57,071 bases of DNA. It comes from Octopus bimaculoides. Its lineage: Eukaryota. The stretch covers positions 47,974,378-48,031,448 of the forward strand of contig NC_068989.1 in assembly GCF_001194135.2 (NCBI RefSeq). The letters are read 5' to 3'. Positions 48,752 to 57,071 of the stretch are shown in pieces (within the stretch, counting starts at the first letter, position 1; each line of letters starts with the position of its first letter). Position numbers and translations under genes: made by a program. A model generated the notes under the pieces. The model was given only the letters and a program-made list of their open reading frames with translations. It made no database searches and had not been told where the DNA came from.

Positions 48752-49000
48752 GGTGGTGCTGCTGCTGCTGGTGCTGGTGCTGGTGCTGGTGCTGGTGGTG
48801 GCGGTGGTGGTGGNNNNNNNNNNNNNNNNNNNNNNNNNNNNNNNNNNNGTTGGTGGTGGCGTTGGTGGTGGTGCTGGTGCTGGTGGTGGTGGTGGCGTTG
48901 GTGGTGCTGGTGGTGCTGGTGCTGGTGGTGGTGCTGGAGGTGCTGGTATTCGTGGTAGTGCTGGTGGTGCTGGTGGTGGTAGTGGTGGTGGTGGTGGTAT
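48283..49000. repeat. Compound triplet microsatellite block: (ATT)/(ATC)/(AAC), then (TAG)/(TGG)/(TGC)
   Basis: Direct inspection. Confidence 0.95.
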
Positions 49001-49324
49001 TTATCCATTATTCTCACTTTTCTCTAACTTTTATATAACATTAATTCTAGCTAGCGTTTCATTTGATGATAATATTATTGCGATTTCGTTTTATATGTCC
49101 TTTATATTTCTAAATCATGTAATTGCTTTTGATGTCATCAATTAAATAGATTAATATCCAAACAGCGTAACTGTATGAACAGAATCATATTAACATTATT
49201 AGTACTAGACTCATCCAGTAACAACAACTTTTCCTCCGCCGGGAGATATTGACGGTCATGTTTTCAGTTTCCTGTTATGTATTACTAATAAGTAGTTGAT
49301 CTTGCAAAGAACAACTCCATGTTT

Positions 49325-49600
49325 CCTTCGAACTCCCTCTCCCTCCCCCTCTCTCTCTCTCTCTGTCTCTCTCTCTCACTCTCTCTTTCTGTCCTTGTGA
49401 CACGCACATATTCTCTCTCTTTCCGTCTATGTAGCCCGTTCTGTTGGTTTTTCTTTCTTATTATCTCACTTTCGTTTCCTTTCTCTGTTTCTGCGTCTCT
49501 CTGTCCCTGTCTCTCTCTCTTTCTCTCTGTCTCTCTCCCTCTCTTTCTCCCTATCTTTCGCGCGCTTTCTTGTCTACTTTCTTTCTCTCTCTCGCTTTTT
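49325..49600. repeat. CT-rich low-complexity tract
   Basis: Direct inspection. Confidence 0.9.
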
Positions 49601-50269
49601 CGTTTGTTTACCGATATTGAAATGCTGCATATCACCATCGAGGCAATGAGAAACCTTCCTTGTGGTCGATCGATAGATTTGTTAAAAAATAACAGGGGCA
49701 AACCTCCTCAGATCATTTACTAATGTTTTAAAGAGAAATAACTTACTGGATAGCAATCGTTAGAGCGTCGGATATAATACCTCGTAGGATTTGTTTCAGT
49801 TCTTTGTGCACCGAATTCAAATCCCGCTGCGGTAAAAATTTACCTGCCGTCCTATCGGGCTAGATATTTAAACTACCAGATCCGGCGAAGTGATGGCCAG
49901 ATGTTAGGGTATCAACCTTTTTTTTTTTCTCTTCTGTTTTTTTGCAGCTCTGTTCTTTCTGAGTTCAAATTCTACACCTGAAAAAAAAAAAAAAACCAGT
50001 CCTTCGAGACCAAGTAAAAAATTTTCGGCCCATCCCTCTCAACGCCAGCACCCCAGCAGGCAAGATAGAATGCAAGAGGTATTTGAAGAACACTCAACGA
50101 ATAAAGAACGAGTCATGCGTACGTTTAGCCGTCAAACGCGAGTATGTATAATCAGGGTTTTTCCACGACGCGTTCACTCATGAGCAAACGTCTCGGCCCT
50201 TCCAGCATCGGCCTAATGGACATGAGAATGTAACAGCTAGGGCGAAGAGGAGTTGTTTAGTAGCTTGCT

Positions 50270-50410
50270 GACTGGTACTCGTTTTCAGCTGAATGGACTG
50301 GAATAACATGTCGAATTCCCTTGCTCATGGACATAATGTGCTGTCAGCTCCAAAAATCGAACCTACGACGTTATGCTCGTAAGTCCATTATTTCTAACCA
50401 CTGGGTCAAT
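50270..50410 (-). mobile_element. SINE family D head fragment, degenerate
   Basis: cagctgaatggactggaataacatg..ttgctcatggacataatg..aatcgaacctacgac..ctaaccactggg. Confidence 0.6.
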
Positions 50411-50954
50411 CACCTTCACAATAGTTTGAGGATAAAAAAACAGTCAAACTTAAGACGGGGCGGTAACAACTGGCACACTTTTAATCATATGTCTTCTAAA
50501 TCAAAGCAGTCCTGAGGCAAAACAACAACGGCAACCACAACTCTATTACATTCTTTGCTTTCTTATAATGCCGGCAAATATTAAAGACTACTTGCTAAAT
50601 ACTTTATTAAAATATTTACTATAAATGCACTTAACTTCACCTTCAAACCAAACATCATTTCTGGTTTTCACGAAATGAAAATGTTAGCATTGTTCCCCAT
50701 TCAATGCTTTATATTCACACATTAGTTGTGTGTGACATTTCCATAAGATTTTTGCTGAATAATGCTAAATATTGATTTTGATTTCAGAATATTTAATTTC
50801 GGTGTATTTTGTATAGATATTTTTATCCAAATCGACTACATGACGGTTGCATCCCGATCTCAATTTTAAACAAATAATTGAAAATGAAATTACTCAGGTA
50901 AACTTACTGAAAATTTAGTACACTATGTATTTCGTAATTCATATTTTTCATTGT

Positions 50955-51395
50955 CATCCTCTCCTTCTCCCCTTCCCCCTTCTCTCTCTATCTTTCTCTC
51001 TCTATCTTTCTCTCTCTCTCTCGCTCTCTCTCTCTTTCTTTCTCTCTGGCTCTCTCTCTCTCTTTCTCCCTCTTTTCTCTCTCTTTATCTGTTTTTCTTT
51101 TTCTCTCTCTCTCTCTTTCACGCACACTCTCTCTCTTTCTCTGTTTTTCTCTTTCTCTCTTTCTCTTTCTTCCTCTTTTTCTCTTTCTTTCTCCGTTTTT
51201 CTCTTTCTCTCTTTCACACACACACTCTCTCTCTCTCTATCTCTCCCTGTCCCTCTTTTCTCTCTGTCATTTCATCACTTTTTCTCTACGTTTATCGCTA
51301 CTGTCACCTCTCTCTTTTCCCTCTACTGGCTTCTCTCTTTCCCTTTCACTCTCTCTCTCTCTCCCTCTCTCTCACTCTTGTTCAATTTATCTATC

Positions 51396-51426
<31 letters not shown>

Positions 51427-51565
51427 CTACCTACCTGCCTACCTTCTTATCTCCCTATCTACCTATATACCTACCTACTTTCCTACCTTCACTACCTAAA
51501 CCCACCTACCTACCTACCTACCTACCTACCTACCTACTTTTATCTTTCTCTTTCTCTCTCTCAGT
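50955..51565. repeat. ~600-bp polypyrimidine / (TATC)n / (TACC)n low-complexity tract
   Basis: Direct inspection. Confidence 0.95.
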
Positions 51566-51782
51566 GCTTTAGTATTCGAAGCTGTTAAGATATTTTTCAG
51601 CTGAACGAAACGAAAAGATTTTGCTGAATCGTATGATGTCGGCTTTGTTACAGACATTCTTACAATTAATTTCACGTGCGCGCCCATAAACACGCGCACA
51701 CACACGCACGCAGGCACGCACACACACATGTACATAAAGAAATGATCGTCATCGTCATGATCAGGTGGTGGTGGTGATGGTG

Positions 51783-51843
51783 AAGAAGAAGAAGAAGAAG
51801 AAGAAGAAGAAGAAGAAGAAGAAGAAGAAGAAGAAGAAGAAGA
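51783..51843. repeat. (GAA)n microsatellite, about 20 units
   Basis: Direct inspection. Confidence 0.95.
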
Positions 51844-52274
51844 ATATATAATAATAATTTTTTTTTTTTGAAGTAGGTATTTTAGTCAATTATTCTAGCC
51901 CCAAGACATTACTTGTGCTTTATCTTATTTGCCCCACCAAAGTGGAGGCCATAACAAGCTTTCCTAAACTGGCGCAATTGATGTCGTTAGAATCCTGCTT
52001 ATACTGTTACTGGTCAGCACTTGCAATTAAGTCAAGAGAAATGTTGGATGCCGGTGGGTCGTCATTCTAGAGAAGAAGGACTGGCGGTTTGTGGTTAAAG
52101 TAGAGCCTGGACGGTTGGACACAAAAATATATGATGAGCGGAAGCAAAACGGAAAGGCCTGAGTTGCGGTGTCTCCGCTGCAGAAGGAGACAGAAAGAAA
52201 AAGAGGGGGAGAGAAATAGGAAGGAGAGAGAGAATGAGATGTCTGACAAAATGACACCAAATTTACAACAGGTG

Positions 52275-52405
52275 ATGGCACGTGGCTTAGTGGTAAGGGT
52301 ATTCAACTCACGAGCATGTGTTTGATACTCAATGATGCGTTATGTCCTTGAGCAAGACGCTGTGTTTCACGTTGCTACACTCCACTCAGTTGGCCAAAAT
52401 GAGAC
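52275..52405 (+). mobile_element. SINE family D head fragment
   Basis: gcacgtggcttagtggtaagggtattcaactcac..gttatgtccttgagcaagacgctgtgtttcacgttgctacactccactcag. Confidence 0.7.
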
Positions 52406-53218
52406 TGTAGCTATAGAGAAGGCATGGAGAGGAAATCAAATGGCTGGAATGTGTCTGTGAGTAATTTTATGCTGATCAGTCGAATAACTTAACACTAAAT
52501 ACAGTCTTGGAGACATCTGTGTGCATTAGCAGTACTGGCCCAAATGAGGGAGCAATATGCCGTTGGGGGCCTCACTTGAGCTTTGTATATTGTTAGTGAT
52601 CGATAGGGACTGAAATATTTACTGGTCTCGGAAACAAAAGCAAATCATTAAGGGTATGCTTCAGCAGAAGACATCTTTGGTTTCTAAGGGGCATAACATT
52701 TGGAAGAGTTATGGGGTTTCAATTTGCCTGCTGTTCACGTTTGGGTGCGTATCGTTCGATATTTCTGTGAGATGAATAATGCATGTGATTTTGTCTTGTC
52801 TAGTTTTGCAGTTGGAATACGTGAGATTATTTATGTCTTCATCTTAGGATACTGTCTCAGTTTCTGTACATGGAATCATGGTAGATTTGGCATGTGGTGT
52901 ATAGATTGAGAGAGAGGGCGAGGAAGAGAGAAGAAAAAGAGATAGAGGAGAGATAGGTACCTGACAAAACGCCACCAAATTTACAATATCTAATGCTTTC
53001 TGTAGTTGTAGCCCTAGCGCACGTCATTAACTACAGTATCTCGAGCCCTTACCACACGCAGAGAACTGATAATTGAAGAAGGAGTGTAGAGCCAGTCTCC
53101 TAAGGAGAGTAATCTGGCCAGATATGTATCAGGGGACAAAACGCCAGATTCTGGTCTACCCAAGGTTTCGGTTTTGCTTCATATCCCTTTCTGTCAGTAC
53201 ATCAATATCTTACTTGGC

Positions 53219-53410
53219 TTAAGGCGGCGAGCTGGCAGAATCGTTTGCAAGCCGGACGAAATGCTTAGTGGTATTTCGTCTGTCTTTACGTTCTGAGTTC
53301 AATTTCCGCCGAGGTCGACTTTGCCTTTCGTCCTTTCGGGGTCGATAAATTAAGTACCATTTGCGTACTAGGGTCGATCTAATCGACTGGCCCCCAGAGT
53401 AGAAAAGAAT
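53219..53410 (+). mobile_element. SINE family B, well-conserved copy
   Basis: aaggcggcgagctggcagaatcgtttgcaagccggacgaaatgcttagtggtatttcgtctgtctttacgttctgagttcaatttccgccgaggtcgactttgcc.. Confidence 0.9.
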
Positions 53411-53534
53411 CTCTTACTTGGCGTTACATCCAACAATGCCCACTCATATATATATAAATACTACCCTTTAGTAACTTTCCCCAGCCATAAATAATTCATA
53501 GTTGGGGAAAGTTATATTAAGTTATATTGTATAT

Positions 53535-53750
53535 TAAGGTAGCGAGCTGGCAGAATCGTTTGCACGCTGGGAATAATGCTTAATGGCATTTCGTCCGTTT
53601 TTATGTTCTGAGTAGCAAATTCCGCCGAGGTCGACTTTGCCTTTCATCCCTTCTGGGTCGATAAAATAAGTACCAGTTGATTATAAGGGCCGAAGGAATC
53701 GACTTACCTTATTCCTAAATTGCTAGCCTAGTCCCAAAATTTGAAACCAT
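53535..53750 (+). mobile_element. SINE family B copy
   Basis: aaggtagcgagctggcagaatcg..ccgccgaggtcgactttgcctttcatcc..gataaaataagtaccag..aaaatttgaaacc. Confidence 0.9.
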
Positions 53751-54597
53751 TATTACAATTGTAATTTGTAACATAAAGTTAGCTTCTGGCACCCAACCTC
53801 TACCCAAGCTCACCCAACACATTATCCTTTAACCTTTTTCTTTTATTGTTTACTTCCTTTCTTGAGTTCCGCATGAAACACTCTACCCAATCCTCCTTTT
53901 CTAACTCGTTAACCCTCCAATATAATATATTTTGTGTATTAAAATGTTTAACTTGGGAGATTTCCGACTACGTTATACTCTACATACAGAGTTCAACATC
54001 TAACTGTTGAAATTAAAAATCAATCCCATCAATATGACTGCTCCCGGATAGAATAACTTGCGCCTGCCTAAAGCGACAAAAATGTATCAATGTATAGTTG
54101 TATACACATGCCTTTGTGCTTATGTGTCTCTGTATATACATGAAAATGCATGTGTAAGCATGGACTTTGTTTTATGTGTATGCTTAATGACTTGAGTTGT
54201 TGAGAAGTTCGTTTCGCAACTATGAGTATCGGATTCAATCGTGGAAAAATGAATTAAATTCTCATCTTGAGTTGACGCAAATCTTTTGAGTGAGTTTGGT
54301 TATACGGAACCCGTAAGATAACGAATGGACGGTACTTATTATTCAATGGCCTTACTTGGTGTCAAACTACCTGATAATCCCATTAAGGGTACACATATCT
54401 GTGGAATACTCAGCCACTTCACCGCCAACTTAAGGAATTTGTCCAGTGAGTCGAACAACTGAATATTCATACGTCGAGGTCGACGTCAAAGTCCATCGAA
54501 TCAGTAATACGTGTGCGTGCGCGCGAGCGTGTGTGTGAGTGTGTTTGTTTGTGTACGTTTGCGTAATATATGTATGTATACATATATCATATATCAA

Positions 54598-54629
<32 letters not shown>

Positions 54630-54789
54630 TTCCGCTGAGTTCGGTATTTAAATTGAATCACCTTGCTAGGTCGGTTTAATCCGCACACCCAAACAATATT
54701 AATTGAATACTGAATATCAAAACTCCGTGTAGGGGTGTTTGTACCGGATATTCCTGCCGTGTGTGTAGACAACGCAACCCAGCTAAGTG

Positions 54790-55432
54790 AAGATATCCGC
54801 CGTTGGTAATTCTCAAACGAGAAAAACTTCGACGAAGATTAAAAAGTTACCAGAAGTGTTATGCATACAAAATTTCCTGTCATAGTTTTAGGGGTTGTCA
54901 GCCATGAAGGACATGTGATGCCTCCTTCCTTCTTTCTACAAGACCTTAGAGTTAACTCTACTGCTTGTATTGAGGCGCCTGGATAGACAGTGTATGCAAT
55001 GGAAGGCCACATATGTTTCAGTAAGACTGCACTATTACACATGGATCTAGTAACACAGGAAAGGATGGCTGAAAATTTTCATGATCACATAGCCCCTAAC
55101 ATTTGGCCTCCTAATTCCCTAGATCTTAATCCATTGGATTATTACATGTGGAGCGTAGTTGAAAGAGAGGTCAATGAACACGCCCTTAACACCAAAGCAT
55201 AGTCAGAGTAATGTCCAAAATGAACCAGGGCCACTTGGTTCGAGCGTGTAGATGACTTATATCTCATATAGAAGCAGTTGTTGAAGCTGAAGGTGTTTTT
55301 ATTGAATATAATTATAGAAAAGAAGATTTATTTTTATCCTCATAGCATTTTTTGATAAATAAAGTTATCTGTTATTATATATCTGTTTTTTACAGACATA
55401 AATCTGCCTTCAAATATTTTACGCACCCTGTA
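54790..55432 (+). mobile_element. Decayed maT/DD37D-like transposase (catalytic half) with 3' TIR
   Basis: FSNEKNF..VLGVVSHEGHVMPP..ERMAENFHDHIAPNIWPPNSLDLNPLDYYMWSVVEREVN..IEAVVEAEGVFIE; ends ..tttacgcaccctg-TA. Confidence 0.85.
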
Positions 55433-55510
55433 TGTATGTTTGTTTGTTTAGAGATACCACCATGCTTGAAATAGCAGTCAAACCTTGACTGTAGAACCAT
55501 ATTAAATGTT

Positions 55511-55645
55511 CATACAGTACCAGGGGAGAAGACAGAAACAAAATAAACTAGGAAAAAAATTACTGGATATTTTATTTAATTACTGGATAGTGTATTTTTT
55601 TCCTAGTTTATTTTGTCTCTTTGTCTTCTCTCCTGGTGCTGTATG
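55511..55645. repeat. ~50-bp inverted repeat (hairpin) abutting a gap; the loop contains a 12-bp direct repeat
   Basis: catacagtaccaggggagaagacagaaacaaaataaactaggaaaaaa versus reverse complement catacagcaccaggagagaagacaaagagacaaaataaactaggaaaaaa; aattactggata occurs twice in or at the loop. Confidence 0.85.
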
Positions 55646-56454
55646 NNNNNNNNNNNNNNNNNNNNNNNNNNNNNNNNNNNNNNNNNNNNNNNNNNNNNNN
55701 NNNNNNNNNNNNNNNNNNNNNNNNNNNNNNNNNNNNNNNNNNNNNNNNNNNNNNNNNNNNNNNNNNNNNNNNNNNNNNNNNNNNNNNNNNNNNNNNNNNN
55801 NNNNNNNNNNNNNNNNNNNNNNNNNNNNNNNNNNNNNNNNNNNNNNNNNNNNNNNNNNNNNNNNNNNNNNNNNNNNNNNNNNNNNNNNNNNNNNNNNNNN
55901 NNNNNNNNNNNNNNNNNNNNNNNNNNNNNNNNNNNNNNNNNNNNNNNNNNNNNNNNNNNNNNNNNNNNNNNNNNNNNNNNNNNNNNNNNNNNNNNNNNNN
56001 NNNNNNNNNNNNNNNNNNNNNNNNNNNNNNNNNNNNNNNNNNNNNNNNNNNNNNNNNNNNNNNNNNNNNNNNNNNNNNNNNNNNNNNNNNNNNNNNNNNN
56101 NNNNNNNNNNNNNNNNNNNNNNNNNNNNNNNNNNNNNNNNNNNNNNNNNNNNNNNNNNNNNNNNNNNNNNNNNNNNNNNNNNNNNNNNNNNNNNNNNNNN
56201 NNNNNNNNNNNNNNNNNNNNNNNNNNNNNNNNNNNNNNNNNNNNNNNNNNNNNNNNNNNNNNNTATATATATATATATATATGATGGTCTCTCCCTTCGA
56301 AGAGGACGTATGAGTGTTCAGCTTTTGCCAAATTATCTGCGCAATTGATTTGTTTATAGTGAGCAAATAACCGTTCTGCACATCAAATCGACGTAGTCAG
56401 AGCGTTGTACCATGCGTCAGATGTCAAAGAGATCGTAGAGCAATATGAGATGAG

Positions 56455-56542
56455 GTATTTTGCTCAAAAGAGCAACGTACCGCCTGGTCTAGGAATCGAA
56501 GCCACCATCTTGCGTGGAAAACCCTAACCACTAGGCCATGTG
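56455..56542 (-). mobile_element. SINE (family C/D) head fragment
   Basis: ttttgctcaaaag..cctggtctaggaatcgaagccacc..ccctaaccactaggcca. Confidence 0.65.
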
Positions 56543-56608
56543 GCTTTCAAATAAAACAGAACAATATATTATAAGATAACATAATGTAATATGATATAAT
56601 ATAATAAG

Positions 56609-57071
56609 AAGGGCATTTCAAACAGAACCACCGACGCACCTTACTGTCACTCGAATTATAGACAGACAAGTTTGAAGCAGATGAAACTGTTCAGTATGTC
56701 GAAAGGAAACGTTCCAGGAGACCACGGACATTTTAGAGCACCACAAAGCAAGGAACAGGACAAAAAAATCTATTTCCAGACTACAAGAAAATCTGTACGG
56801 CATACGAGTTGGGAAAGCGGAACTTCAAAACCAAGCGTCCATCGCTTTTTGAAGAGCTATTATTGGAAAAGTTATATTCCAAATAGTCTATGCTCTCAGT
56901 AAAGTTGATGCAAACGGAAAATTAGAATTCTGAGAGTGGTATTTGGCAAGATGTGTAGAAGATGCACACTTCCAACACAGAATCTTTGGTGTGACGAGAC
57001 CATATTTAAATTAAATAACTCACTTAACTGTCCCAATTGTACTCACTACGGACCCGAGAAACATCGCATTA
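56609..57071 (+). mobile_element. Decayed IS630-Tc1-mariner transposase N-terminal half (rosa/DD41D-like or related), running off the window
   Basis: FQTEPPTHLTVTRIID/KFEADETVQ..RSRRPRT..RKSVRHTSWESGTSKPSVHRFLK..EF*EWYL..(W)CDETIFKLNNSLNCPNCT.YGPE, resembling W(S)DEAxFxLNGxxNxHNCxxW.xENP; frameshifts present. Confidence 0.75.

Noticed and set aside
48658-49145. Poly-His/Gln/Pro or Gly-rich protein
   Set aside because: Pure triplet microsatellite with a gap; no flanking coding context.

Overview
Eukaryotic, AT-rich, repeat-dominated genomic window with 12 N-gaps, most of them flanked by (TA)n or (ATT)n. The SINE sequences resemble those I recall from octopus/coleoid cephalopod genomes; this is recognition from memory, not a database result. 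I find no intact protein-coding gene, tRNA/rRNA gene or CRISPR array. Nearly all long ORFs in the supplied track are translations of microsatellites or N-runs. The recognisable content is: (i) about 40 tRNA-derived SINE copies or fragments from several families; (ii) decayed non-LTR retrotransposon pieces (CR1/L2-group 3' end, R4/Dong-like RLE end, two Tx1/L1-like fragments, a Penelope-like GIY-YIG piece); (iii) four IS630-Tc1-mariner transposase relics and several MITEs; (iv) several long fold-back elements; (v) abundant simple and compound microsatellites. The most notable observations are a LINE 3' end that shares its tail and a covarying stem-loop with the commonest SINE, retroelements that sit in (TAA)n tracts including SINE tails, a ~307-bp palindromic element with alternative central hairpins, and a + strand bias in two SINE families. 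No convincing novel protein-coding system is visible. Coordinates of degenerate repeats are approximate (about +/-10-20 bp).
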